Source of the DNA: an uncultured Lachnospiraceae bacterium
GTDB lineage: Bacteria > Bacillota > Clostridia > Christensenellales > UBA1242
NCBI GenBank assembly: GCA_964651835.1
Contig: CAZYYI010000001.1
Location: 1 to 40,002 of the forward strand
Direction of reading: 5' to 3'
DNA: 40,002 nucleotides
The notes under the pieces were generated by a model. It was not told where the DNA came from and searched no databases. It saw only the letters and a list, made by a program, of their open reading frames with translations. The position numbers were made by a program, and so were the translations under genes. The stretch's first letter is position 1. The number at the start of each line of letters is the position of its first letter. Below are positions 18,175 through 27,305 of this stretch, piece after piece.

Positions 18175-18891
18175 ATGATTTACACAAAAAGTGGAACTGC
18201 CAGTGCAAGTGTTATAGATTCCACCTCTAACTTATCTATTGTAGGTACTTTTCAAATTGTTGAAGATACCTTGACTGAGCTTATGGGTAAATTAAAGATT
18301 GATGGCATCACTTCACAAAAACTTTATAACGCTATGTGGGTGTTCACCAAAAATAAAATTAAAATTTTAAAGCCTTTGGCGTGGGGTGATAATTATACTG
18401 TGGAAAGTTTTGTTTCATTAGTATCCATAGTTAAACTAAATATCGACACAGCAATAAAAAATGATAAAGGTGAAATTGTTGCGTATTCTAAAGTTGAGCT
18501 TTGTGCTTTGGATTTAAAATCTGGCAAAATTAGAAAAACATTAACCGTTGGAGTTGATGAAAATATTGCTACTTATAATTCACAAGTTCAAATAGACTTT
18601 ACTAAATTTGAAGATACCAATTTGCCAAAAGTAGATAGTGTGGTTGTTTACTCAACAAACATAGATTTTTGCCATCACACAAATAATGTTGAATATGTAA
18701 GATTTTTGATGAACACTTATTCCGTTAAAGAACTTGCAAATAGTAAAGTTAAAGAAATTGAAGTTTGCTATGTTAATCAATCCTTTGAAGAAGATACACT
18801 CGACATCTACAAATCACATATTGAAAATAAAGACATTTTAAAAATCTGCAAAGATGACAAAACAATTATTAAATGCGAAATTGTACATTAA
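18175..18891 (+). CDS. acyl-ACP thioesterase-like protein (double hot-dog)
   Basis: 238 aa. AMWVFTKNKIKILKPLAWGDNYTVESF and HHTNNVEYVRF resemble acyl-ACP thioesterase blocks. Confidence 0.55.
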   Translation: MIYTKSGTASASVIDSTSNLSIVGTFQIVEDTLTELMGKLKIDGITSQKLYNAMWVFTKNKIKILKPLAWGDNYTVESFVSLVSIVKLNIDTAIKNDKGEIVAYSKVELCALDLKSGKIRKTLTVGVDENIATYNSQVQIDFTKFEDTNLPKVDSVVVYSTNIDFCHHTNNVEYVRFLMNTYSVKELANSKVKEIEVCYVNQSFEEDTLDIYKSHIENKDILKICKDDKTIIKCEIVH

Positions 18892-18917
18892 ATAAAATAT
18901 TTTATGGTGGAAATAGT

Positions 18918-19340
18918 ATGATAAAAATTGAAAGTAAAAATAATTCTAAATTAAAAAATGAAATAGAAGTTAAATTAGGAAATTTTAATAAATCTCAGAG
19001 AGATTGGTTTAAAAATAAAGCTTATCAAGTCCAAAACAAAAATTTTTATGCATTTGATGATGATAAATTGATTGGCGGTGCTATCGGCTATATCAAATAT
19101 AATTGGTATTACTTGGACTTGCTTTTTATTGAAGAGATTTATAGAAAAAATGGAATTGGCAGCAAATTATTAAAACAAATAGAAGACTTTGCAAAAAAAG
19201 AAAATTTAACAGGCGTAAGGCTTGAAACTTGGGATTTTCAAGCAAAAGGATTTTACGAAAAAAATGGATATAAAGTGTTTGGTGAAATTAAAAATTGCCC
19301 GCCTGAAATAACAGAATATCATTTAAAAAAAGAATTTTAA
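18918..19340 (+). CDS. GNAT-family N-acetyltransferase
   Basis: ORF 18873..19340 trimmed to the ATG at 18918 (GGTGGAAA RBS, removes the overlap with the previous gene). RKNGIGSKLLKQIEDFAKKE acetyl-CoA-binding motif, then FYEKNGYKVFG. Confidence 0.75.
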   Translation: MIKIESKNNSKLKNEIEVKLGNFNKSQRDWFKNKAYQVQNKNFYAFDDDKLIGGAIGYIKYNWYYLDLLFIEEIYRKNGIGSKLLKQIEDFAKKENLTGVRLETWDFQAKGFYEKNGYKVFGEIKNCPPEITEYHLKKEF

Positions 19341-19348
19341 TTTAACAT

Positions 19349-19378
19349 AAAAAGTCAAGTTTCTAAACTTGGCTTTTT
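19349..19378 (+). terminator. rho-independent terminator
   Basis: agtcaagttt-ct-aaacttggct stem (one G-U pair) followed by TTTTT. Confidence 0.6.
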
Positions 19379-19412
19379 ATTTTGTTATCATTTTATATTT
19401 AACTTTAGATTT

Positions 19413-19733
19413 CCTAGCGGCGAAAATGAATTGAGTGGCGAGGATAAAAAAATCTCAGCATAGTGTAGTAATTTTCCTAACGCCGAAAATTTGTTATATT
19501 GCGAGGCACTAAAAAATCTCCACGCAGGAGCGTACTAATTAGTACATGACTGTGTGGAGATTTTTTAAAGAACAAAGCAAGATGACTAATTTTCAGTGTT
19601 AGGTTCATAACGGCTAAAATTGAATGATAGACAAGGCACAAAAAAATTCTTACGCATGAGCGTACATAAGCGTACGTGATTGTGTGAGAATTTTTTTAGT
19701 AACCCAGTATATCGTTTAATTTTCGCCGTTAGG
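19413..19733. repeat. tandem array of one half and two full ~128-nt imperfect palindromic units
   Basis: Units at 19413-19475 (left arm only), 19476-19603 and 19605-19733. Each full unit has termini CCTAACGCCGAAAAT / inverted (A)ATTTTC(A/G)(G/C)(T/C)GTTAGG. Each has a central 12-bp hairpin flanked by A6/T6 (for example atctccacgcag 19516-27 with ctgtgtggagat 19550-61). Confidence 0.8.
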
Positions 19734-19734
19734 A

Positions 19735-21063
19735 TTAATAATCTAAGCGATTAACCTTCACATCTGTCACATTTACTTGCAAGTCATCGATAAAATCTTC
19801 AACTGACGAGTAATGTTCCATAAGTTCGTTATACTTAAACTTTAATGCCCTTTCATAAGCATTAAATATATCAATTTTTAGCTCTTTAGACTTTTCAAAG
19901 CAAGCTGCAATACTACTAGCAACTTCATCTTGAATAGCTTTAACCACTATATCAAACTCTTCATTAGTAAGTTCTGGAACAATTTTAGTTGTTAAAATTT
20001 CGTTAATTATTGCATTATTTATTGTTATGCTAATATCGAGTCTTGGTTTGCCATTTTCAAACCTAATTTTTTTGCAAGTATTTTTGCTTTTCACTGCAAT
20101 GGCAATTTTTGTATCTTTTAATGTTCCCTCTTTTATCGTTACATAAAAGTCATAAGAAATTGTTTTTTTGCGGGCAATCATAAGCCCTAAAATTTCATCA
20201 TCTTCTTCTATCTTGCCTTTAAACATACCATTTGAAAAACACATTATTGGAGTGCGTGGTGTAAAGAATTGAGTTTCTGTTTCGCCACCGCCAGAGCTAC
20301 CACTGCCGCTGTCAGTGCTGCCAGCACTTCCTCCGCCTCCACCGCCAGAGCCACTGGATTCGCCGCCACTGCCAGTACTGCCGCCGCCTGAACTGGCTTC
20401 TTCACCAGATGAACCACCACTTTTACCGCCAGAGCCACTTTCCTTTTGTTCTTGCTCTTGACTAGACATCAAGCTGAATACACTTGCCGTGGCAGTTTTT
20501 GAAAAAGTCTTATTTTGATTTAAAAAGTCAAGTACGGTCGCCATAATTCCGTCACCGTCACGCTCTTTAAATAGAAAAACCTTTTGAAGTCCAAGACCAA
20601 CAGAAAGCTCAATATTTTTTGTCTTTTTTATTTCATCTTTGGCTGAATCTTCAGCAAACAACAATAAGGCAGAATTTTTGATAATTTTATCTCTTATAAA
20701 ATAGTCAAGGCATTTTGTTACATCTTCATCAAGCAAAGTTTTGCCTAAAATTACAAAGTTTGTGTGCGAAAATGCAGCAACCTTACCTGCCTTATAAGAC
20801 AACCTTGACACAGCACTTGCCAGTGTCTTATCTGTTTCTGTGATAAAGTCAATTGTTGCACTTGTTGCCGGCGACTCTGTGCCAGGAGTATTTTTTACTA
20901 TTTGTGCAGTAACAGTGTAACCCTCTTCACTTTTATCAACAGCAATACCAGTAACAATTATTCGCATATTAAGTCTTGCCTGAAAACTTAAACTTGTTGG
21001 AAACACAAGTAATATGACTATAAAAATAATTGTACCTAAATGTTTTTTAAAAAATCTTTTCAT
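19735..21063 (-). CDS. spore germination protein, Ger(x)C family
   Basis: 442 aa. Third gene of a gerA-type operon, with a 4-nt overlap with the B gene. N-terminal TM/signal then IIVTGIAVDK..GYTVTAQIV, typical of GerxC. It carries a ~50-aa Gly/Ser insert and has no lipobox Cys. Confidence 0.75.
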   Translation of the reverse strand: MKRFFKKHLGTIIFIVILLVFPTSLSFQARLNMRIIVTGIAVDKSEEGYTVTAQIVKNTPGTESPATSATIDFITETDKTLASAVSRLSYKAGKVAAFSHTNFVILGKTLLDEDVTKCLDYFIRDKIIKNSALLLFAEDSAKDEIKKTKNIELSVGLGLQKVFLFKERDGDGIMATVLDFLNQNKTFSKTATASVFSLMSSQEQEQKESGSGGKSGGSSGEEASSGGGSTGSGGESSGSGGGGGGSAGSTDSGSGSSGGGETETQFFTPRTPIMCFSNGMFKGKIEEDDEILGLMIARKKTISYDFYVTIKEGTLKDTKIAIAVKSKNTCKKIRFENGKPRLDISITINNAIINEILTTKIVPELTNEEFDIVVKAIQDEVASSIAACFEKSKELKIDIFNAYERALKFKYNELMEHYSSVEDFIDDLQVNVTDVKVNRLDY

Positions 21064-22280
21064 ACCTTGTCACCACCTTTGCTGCCTTTATTTGCCTTAT
21101 CCTGAACTTTGCCAGCCAAACTTAATTTTAATTTTGGTTTTTCTGCAAAATTACCAGCACTTTTTTTATTACTACTTTTTAATGAATTTTTTGTTTGATT
21201 TGAGTTTTGATTTGGACTATTTTGTGCCAAACTGTTTTTAGACTTAAACCCAATAACGATGCAAGAAATCACAAAGATAACTTTGAGTGCAACAGAAATG
21301 TAACTAATATTGTCTACAAAAATGATTTCTTTTATATGAGTATCAACAAGCAATAGTACATCTAACAAATACAAAATAAGCATTAATACAATTATAATGA
21401 TGTTGTGATTGACCTTTGTAAAAACTTTGCTAGCAAATTTTTTGGCATAGAACATACATAGTCCTGAACAAAGTATTGTACCTATTTCTGACATCAAAAT
21501 TAAAAACCAATCGATACGCCCAATGTTTACACCAAGCATAGACTGCTCAGAAAGCACACTTATTAAATTTGCTTGCATAGGTGCATAACTTAAATAAATT
21601 CCTGCAAATTCAATATATATAAGTACAACAAACAAAGCACTTACTAAATAAGTCACAAATGTCCACTTAGCTTTAACTTTATGACTTTCAAGAGCAAGCA
21701 AGTAAACAATTATAAAATCACCAAACCAAAAATTGTAGTCAAAAAAACTTTTAAATACCATTTTAAAATTTATAGTATTAAGCGGAAGTACATTTGTAAA
21801 GTTGGTTTGAAGTCCACCAAATATTGCCACAACAAATAACGAAACAAAAATTATAACAGAGTAAAGCTCGAAGTTCAAAATTATGTTTTTGAAGCCACTG
21901 CTTGCGAGATAGAAAACCGCTGCAACAAGAAGTAAACTAAAAACCGTCCAAGGCAAATTATCAAAAAGTATATGCTCAAACAAATCTTGTATGGTTTCAT
22001 AAAAAAGTATGCTTTGAAATAAAAAGTAAACTGAAGCTAAAATAAATACGCCTTTTGCAATCACTTTAAAAGTATTGCTTTGACCTTCAAGTTTGAAATC
22101 TTTAGTCTTTTTTGCGAGGTATAATGCAAGCATTACTATACCAATTTCAATAACAAAATATAGCATAGCCATTACCCAAATATCCTTACCTAATGCAGAA
22201 CTAACCAGGCACGGCATTTTTTGAATTTTAAGCGAAATTAAAAATATTGAAAGAACTATATAAAATTGTCTAGAACTCAT
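21060..22280 (-). CDS. spore germination protein, Ger(x)B family (APC-type permease)
   Basis: 406 aa, about 10 TM segments. N-terminal SSRQFYIVLSIFLISLKIQKMP..GKDIWV pattern. Overlaps the A gene by 11 nt. Low-complexity K/N/S C-terminal tail. Confidence 0.8.
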   Translation of the reverse strand: MSSRQFYIVLSIFLISLKIQKMPCLVSSALGKDIWVMAMLYFVIEIGIVMLALYLAKKTKDFKLEGQSNTFKVIAKGVFILASVYFLFQSILFYETIQDLFEHILFDNLPWTVFSLLLVAAVFYLASSGFKNIILNFELYSVIIFVSLFVVAIFGGLQTNFTNVLPLNTINFKMVFKSFFDYNFWFGDFIIVYLLALESHKVKAKWTFVTYLVSALFVVLIYIEFAGIYLSYAPMQANLISVLSEQSMLGVNIGRIDWFLILMSEIGTILCSGLCMFYAKKFASKVFTKVNHNIIIIVLMLILYLLDVLLLVDTHIKEIIFVDNISYISVALKVIFVISCIVIGFKSKNSLAQNSPNQNSNQTKNSLKSSNKKSAGNFAEKPKLKLSLAGKVQDKANKGSKGGDKV

Positions 22281-23901
22281 CGCCTTTACCTCCTTGTCTT
22301 ACCTTATCTTTGCCAGCAAAAAGTGCAGGGCGTTTTTTCATACTTTGTATAGGCTTTTTAACAAACGCATCTTTTTTGTCCGTTGGCTGATTTGGAGCAT
22401 AAGGTACCATATAAGGTACACCAAAGCTGCGGATAGATGTTAAATATGTTGTAAGCAGTATAAATGTTGTGAGTACACCATAAAGACCAGTTACACCACC
22501 AACAACTGTAAAAAGTAAACGAATGAATCTAGTTTCATTAATTTGATGAGGGATAATATAAATTGCTACACTTGAGATTGCAACAACTACTATACTAGGT
22601 GCAGAAATAAGCCCTGCATCAACTGCGGTGTTACCAAGAGCAAGTGCACCTATGATTGAAAGTGCCATACCTAGTGAACTTGGCATCTGCAAACTTGCCT
22701 CAGTAATAATTTCAAACAGCATAAGCACTATCAAAATTTCAGCTAGTGGCGGGATTGATAATCCCTCAATGCTCGACAGCAGTGTAATTAAAAAGTTTAT
22801 CGGCAGAATTCTATAGTTAAAACTTTGAAGTGCCACATAAACACCCGGTATAAGCACCGCCATAATAAGTCCAAAGAAACGCATAATTCTTGAAAATGTT
22901 GCCATTGCAGGAATTGAATAATAATCCTCTGGGCTTTGCATATCTTCAAACAAAATGAATGGAACAGTTAATGCAATTGGCGAGCCGTTGACAAGAATAC
23001 CAACCCTGCCCTCTAAAATTTTTGCACAAAAAATATCTGGCTTTTCAGTGTTGCCCACACGCCTAAAAAGTTTAAGTTTGTTGTCTTCCAAAAATGACTC
23101 TATATAGTAACTGTCAATAATTGCATCAATATTTATTTTTTTAATTTTTGCTTTTACTTCTTCAAGCACTTCTTTTTTTACTACATCTTCAACATATATA
23201 AGTGAAACCTGTGTATCGGTTTTTTTGCCAACAAACAAATCTTCAATTTTTAACTTTTCAGATTTAATACGTTTACGCACCAAACCAATATTAGTTGCGA
23301 CGTCTTCAATAAAGCCTTCTCTTGGACCTTTGACAACTCTTGAAGTTGGAGGTTCTGCAATGCTTCGCTGTTCCACACCAAAAACTGGATAACAAAGTGC
23401 AGTATCCTCAGCAACTACAACAGCCTGACCAGAAAAAATATTTTTTAAACACTGCTCTACTTCAGTTTCTTCAACCATACCTGAAACTGCAACAATTTGT
23501 TCAGCTATCATATCAGCCAAGCTTTGATTAGAACTGCTTGCTTCAGTTTTTTTGTTTTTAGTTGAACTGCCACTATTATTTTTATCATCACTTGAGTTGC
23601 TACTTCTCGCAAGTTTGTTTAATGGTGCAATTAATCCAGATGACAAAATGGCCTTATTGACAAGGCTATCAATATAAAACACACTGACAGTTTGACCTTG
23701 AATGTCATAGTCAAGTTGTTCAACTTTGTTTCTGTCATCAAACTTTGCTGAAATTTGCTGAGCTAAACTCTGATTACCAGTGACTTTGCTAGCTTGCCCG
23801 CTCTGGTTATTCTGATTTGATTTACTATTCTTTTTTTCAGCTTTTTTAGTTTGAGTTTTAGACTTACTACTTTGATTTTTACTTTTCTTAACTTGCACCA
23901 T
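22270..23901 (-). CDS. spore germination protein, Ger(x)A family
   Basis: 543 aa. RSIAEPPTSRVVKGPREGFIEDVATNIGLVRKRI is the GerA-family signature block. C-terminal TM bundle. AGGAGA RBS. Long K/S/N/Q-rich N-terminal extension. Confidence 0.85.
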   Translation of the reverse strand: MVQVKKSKNQSSKSKTQTKKAEKKNSKSNQNNQSGQASKVTGNQSLAQQISAKFDDRNKVEQLDYDIQGQTVSVFYIDSLVNKAILSSGLIAPLNKLARSSNSSDDKNNSGSSTKNKKTEASSSNQSLADMIAEQIVAVSGMVEETEVEQCLKNIFSGQAVVVAEDTALCYPVFGVEQRSIAEPPTSRVVKGPREGFIEDVATNIGLVRKRIKSEKLKIEDLFVGKKTDTQVSLIYVEDVVKKEVLEEVKAKIKKINIDAIIDSYYIESFLEDNKLKLFRRVGNTEKPDIFCAKILEGRVGILVNGSPIALTVPFILFEDMQSPEDYYSIPAMATFSRIMRFFGLIMAVLIPGVYVALQSFNYRILPINFLITLLSSIEGLSIPPLAEILIVLMLFEIITEASLQMPSSLGMALSIIGALALGNTAVDAGLISAPSIVVVAISSVAIYIIPHQINETRFIRLLFTVVGGVTGLYGVLTTFILLTTYLTSIRSFGVPYMVPYAPNQPTDKKDAFVKKPIQSMKKRPALFAGKDKVRQGGKGDEF

Positions 23902-23961
23902 AGAAAATCTCCTACGGTTATTATGAAGATAAGAAATAAAAATTATTTATTATTTTCAAAA

Positions 23962-23987
23962 TAAAAAGCACCCATAAGGATGCTTTA
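23962..23987 (-). terminator. rho-independent terminator of ldh
   Basis: On the minus strand: aaagcatcc-ttat-gggtgcttt (9 bp, one G-U pair) followed by TTATTTT. Confidence 0.6.
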
Positions 23988-24010
23988 AATTTTTTATTCT
24001 ATTTAATAAA

Positions 24011-24925
24011 TTAAAGTTTACTCAATACATCGTGAGTAACTTTTTCAAGAAATGCTACACTTTCAGAAATTTGTTTATGCTCAGCATCAGTCATTTCCAA
24101 AAAGTAAGTTTCCTCTGCACCATCACTGCCAACAACTGTAGGCATACTAAAGTAACAATCGTGGTCAGCGTTATAAGCAGAAACTGTCATAACCTCATTA
24201 GTGTCACCAAGTATTGCGTTTGTAATTTTCATAAGGCAAACACCAATACCATAACATGTGCTACCTTTTTTAGCAATAATGTCATAAGCACTATTTCTAA
24301 CTTCATTTTCAATTTCTTGTTTTTCTTTTTCACTCAAATTATTTTGAATTTTATTTAAACCGATTGTTGCATTGCTCCAAGGCACCATTTCAGAGTCACC
24401 ATGTTCACCAATAACATAGGCATGCACGCTCTTTGGATTAATATTAAATTTTTGAGCAAGTAAACTTCTAAGTCTTGCACTGTCAAGGGTGGTTCCACTG
24501 CCGATAACCTTTTTGTGATCAAAGCCAGAAAGTTTCCAAGTTATAGCAGTCATAACATCAAGTGGATTTGTAGCAATTAAATAAATACCATTAAAATTAG
24601 TTTTATTTACCTCACCAATTATTGACTTAAATACCGCAACGTTTTTATCAATTAAATCTTGTCTAGTTTCACCAATTTCTTGATTTCTACCTGCACAGAT
24701 ACAAACAATGCTAGCATCATCGCAGTCAGCATATGTTCCAGCTTTAATTTTTAAATGTGAATTGCTGTACGCTGATGCGTGGATTAAATCCAATGCCTCA
24801 CCCTCTACTCTTTCTTGCCTAACATCAATAAGCACAAGCTCACTTACAGAATTTGAGGTAGTAACAATGTTATATGCATAGCTCATACCAACATTACCAC
24901 AACCTATTAAAACAACTTTATTCAT
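24011..24925 (-). CDS. ldh: L-lactate dehydrogenase
   Basis: 304 aa. GCGNVGMSYAY dinucleotide fold, AGRNQEIGETRQDL (Gln at the substrate-specificity position) and GEHGDSE. Confidence 0.9.
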   Translation of the reverse strand: MNKVVLIGCGNVGMSYAYNIVTTSNSVSELVLIDVRQERVEGEALDLIHASAYSNSHLKIKAGTYADCDDASIVCICAGRNQEIGETRQDLIDKNVAVFKSIIGEVNKTNFNGIYLIATNPLDVMTAITWKLSGFDHKKVIGSGTTLDSARLRSLLAQKFNINPKSVHAYVIGEHGDSEMVPWSNATIGLNKIQNNLSEKEKQEIENEVRNSAYDIIAKKGSTCYGIGVCLMKITNAILGDTNEVMTVSAYNADHDCYFSMPTVVGSDGAEETYFLEMTDAEHKQISESVAFLEKVTHDVLSKL

Positions 24926-25031
24926 AAAATCTCCTTTATTTAAAATTCAACTACAATTATAAAAATTTATGGTTAAAAAGCAAACTTATTAAATATTATT
25001 TACATACTTTTTTAAATTAATTTACTTTTTG

Positions 25032-25060
25032 TTTAAAAATATTAAACTATGTGTTATAAT
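25032..25060 (+). promoter_or_regulatory. promoter with extended -10
   Basis: TTTAAA (25032-37), 17-nt spacer, TGtTATAAT (TATAAT 25055-60). AAGGAG RBS before the ATG at 25078. Confidence 0.45.
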
Positions 25061-25077
25061 CAATATAAGGAGAAACT

Positions 25078-25530
25078 ATGAAGATTGCGATACTTGGTGC
25101 TGTGCACGGAACAAGCGAAAAAGAAAAATTGATTTTTAAAACTTACCAGTCAGCTGTTGAACTTAAATTTGAAAGTGCAGAAATTTTTACCCCAGACACC
25201 GTTTATAATTATAAAAATGATTACGCAACATCTCACAAAGATGCGAGTGAGACAGAAGTACTTAGTGAAATGGTCAAGTTTGACCTTTTGGAAGTTAAGT
25301 CTTGTGAATTGATACTTGCTGATATAAGTTTGCGTTCAACAGGGCTAGGTCTTGAACTTGCAGGATTACTTGGAATAAATAATGGTGCAAGTGTAAAAAG
25401 AAGAATAATATTTTTTGTAAAAGATGGCTCTAATTACAGCGATATGATTAAAGGAGCTTTTCCACTTATACCTGTTTACAAATATAAAGATTCTGGAGAT
25501 TTGGCCGATATACTAAATAAAGTTTTATAA
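25078..25530 (+). CDS. nucleoside 2-deoxyribosyltransferase-like small protein
   Basis: 150 aa. MKIAILGAV start and ILADISLRSTGLGLELAGLLG resemble the NDT-family D..(S/D)xGxxxE(I/L)G block. Weak recognition. Confidence 0.3.
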   Translation: MKIAILGAVHGTSEKEKLIFKTYQSAVELKFESAEIFTPDTVYNYKNDYATSHKDASETEVLSEMVKFDLLEVKSCELILADISLRSTGLGLELAGLLGINNGASVKRRIIFFVKDGSNYSDMIKGAFPLIPVYKYKDSGDLADILNKVL

Positions 25531-25536
25531 TTAAAA

Positions 25537-25567
25537 TAAAAACACCTATTATCTAGGTGCTTTTTTA
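25537..25567. terminator. bidirectional rho-independent terminator between convergent genes
   Basis: A-run, caccta-ttatc-taggtg, c, T6. Confidence 0.6.
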
Positions 25568-25571
25568 TTTG

Positions 25572-26204
25572 CTATTTTTTCAAAAGCTCAAGCAGATAAT
25601 CTCTTCCAGAAGTGTTTTCTTGTGTCTCACTATCATTGCTTTCATCTGCCTTTTCTTCAACAATTTTATCTTCAGTGCTTGTTTCAGTTGGTCTTCTTTT
25701 AGTAATTTTTGAGTAATTTTCTTCACTACTTTCAATCTCACTATCGCCTTTAAAAGTATTGCCACTTGCAAAAGTAGGTTTGCCTGTAGGCTTTTGTACA
25801 AGGTTTGCTTCAACATTATTGTTAACATTTACATTTGAGTTGTTATAAGCAACTTTTACAGCACTTGTCATTGAATCATTTGGCATTAGTGGATTTGAAA
25901 AAGCTGTTTGTCCAATGTTTCCAAACGAATTTTGTGGAACATACAAAAGCAAATTTATCCCCTTTTCTTGCAAGGTTGAAGTTGCAAATGAAGTTATTTC
26001 ATTTTCAAATTGCTTTGCCCTACTACTAACTTGTGTCAAAAACATATCTTGAGCAGGATAAGTTTGTAGACGAAACATAAATTCACGGTATGACTCCGTG
26101 ACATTTAATAGTCCCCTTATTTCAGTCCCAATAGGACTGCTTAAAATAGCTTGCTGTGAAGCCATTAAATTTCTTAAACCTTGTTCTAATTCATTTATTG
26201 TCAT
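25572..26204 (-). CDS. hypothetical protein, third gene of the actin-like cassette (candidate adaptor)
   Basis: 210 aa. About 100-aa helical N-terminal part, an Asn-rich linker (NNSNVNVNNNVE) and an acidic C-terminal tail ending DYLLELLKK. Its start lies 21 nt after the ParM-like stop. Confidence 0.6.
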   Translation of the reverse strand: MTINELEQGLRNLMASQQAILSSPIGTEIRGLLNVTESYREFMFRLQTYPAQDMFLTQVSSRAKQFENEITSFATSTLQEKGINLLLYVPQNSFGNIGQTAFSNPLMPNDSMTSAVKVAYNNSNVNVNNNVEANLVQKPTGKPTFASGNTFKGDSEIESSEENYSKITKRRPTETSTEDKIVEEKADESNDSETQENTSGRDYLLELLKK

Positions 26205-26225
26205 AACTTCTCCTTGAACAGTTTA

Positions 26226-27281
26226 TTAATAATTTCCGAGCAACCAAAACCCGTGACAATTTGACATAACTGCATTATCTTTTATAAGAAGTCTTGAATC
26301 ATTAAAAAATTCTTTCAAATATTTTTCATATAGCAGTGCACCACCACCAGTTAAAATGATTTTAAAGAATTTATTAAATTCAAGCCCCAAATCCATAACT
26401 TCTTGATAAACTCTTTTTGCTTGATTTCTTTTATGTTTTTCAGCAAAAGATGATAAATCAAATGTGCCAAAAGGCGTTTCAACAACATCACTTTCAAGCA
26501 AACTTATGTCTAACTCGTGTGCAGATAATGAAAATATACTTGCCTCTGGCATATTGCTATTAACATCTTCTTGCAAATCAGAAATATAATCAGAAGTACC
26601 AATATCAAAACTGAAATTTGAGCGAACCCTTGCGTTTTCAAGCATTGCAATATCAGTGGTACCCCAACCAATATCAATAACAATGGCACGCTTGTCAAGT
26701 AGCTTTTCATTAAGTGATTCAGTTGTAGAGTCATAAATGTAGTCATACATAGTTCCGAGTGGCTGTGGAACAACAATAACTTCAGCTATTTCAAAAGTGA
26801 TTGGATTAATGCTGTCCCAAGTAACCGACTTAATCTCGTGCTTGCCAATCAACTTTTCTTTGATTTCAGATATTATTTTTTGATTTTTAGAAAGTGAACT
26901 TGGCACACCAGTTACCACTCTCAAAACTTCTTTATCACTTACATTTTCAAGTTCTTTTAAGCAGGCAGTGATACCAATAAGTGCCTCAACCTTAAACTCT
27001 TCAGAACCATACCTTGCAGTGCCTCTGCCACCTGAACCAGATGCAGATGTTAAACCAACTTCATAAACAGTTTTATCATATACATACATTTGGTAATCAG
27101 TTCTAAAGGAATATACCAAGCCTGCATCATTAACTTCACGAATTGTGTTTACATATTTAATATTAATTTCATCTGTCCAAATTTTGAGAGTAGAGTTTGC
27201 AACATCTAAGCCAATTATTCTTGTGATTTCTGGTTTAGACTCTTTCTCACTTGTGGCTGAATCATTTGTAATTTCGCTCAT
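26226..27281 (-). CDS. ParM/StbA/Alp-family actin-like ATPase
   Basis: 351 aa. Phosphate-1 IIGLDVANSTLKI, phosphate-2 AIVIDIGWGTTDIAM, adenosine motif KIILTGGGALLY. Size and motif order match plasmid/phage ParM-like proteins. Confidence 0.75.
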   Translation of the reverse strand: MSEITNDSATSEKESKPEITRIIGLDVANSTLKIWTDEINIKYVNTIREVNDAGLVYSFRTDYQMYVYDKTVYEVGLTSASGSGGRGTARYGSEEFKVEALIGITACLKELENVSDKEVLRVVTGVPSSLSKNQKIISEIKEKLIGKHEIKSVTWDSINPITFEIAEVIVVPQPLGTMYDYIYDSTTESLNEKLLDKRAIVIDIGWGTTDIAMLENARVRSNFSFDIGTSDYISDLQEDVNSNMPEASIFSLSAHELDISLLESDVVETPFGTFDLSSFAEKHKRNQAKRVYQEVMDLGLEFNKFFKIILTGGGALLYEKYLKEFFNDSRLLIKDNAVMSNCHGFWLLGNY

Positions 27282-27305
27282 AAAATTTCTTCCTATTAAA
27301 ATTTT

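Noticed and set aside
19413-19733. Possible CRISPR array because of repeated about 15-nt CCTAACGCCGAAAAT motifs.
   Set aside because: The motifs occur in both orientations as ends of long palindromic units. Spacing is irregular (63 nt, then about 130 nt). There are no unique spacers of uniform length and no cas genes.
20244-20438. Ala/Val-rich 64-aa ORF in an alternative frame of the Gly/Ser-encoding tract of the GerC-like gene.
   Set aside because: It is an overlapping out-of-frame reading of a GC-rich repeat tract inside a well-supported gene.
23919-23925. CATAATA on the minus strand upstream of the gerA-like gene as a sigma-G type -10 element.
   Set aside because: No convincing GHATR-type -35 lies at the right spacing in the upstream A/T-rich sequence. 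It is plausible biologically but not supported by the sequence alone.
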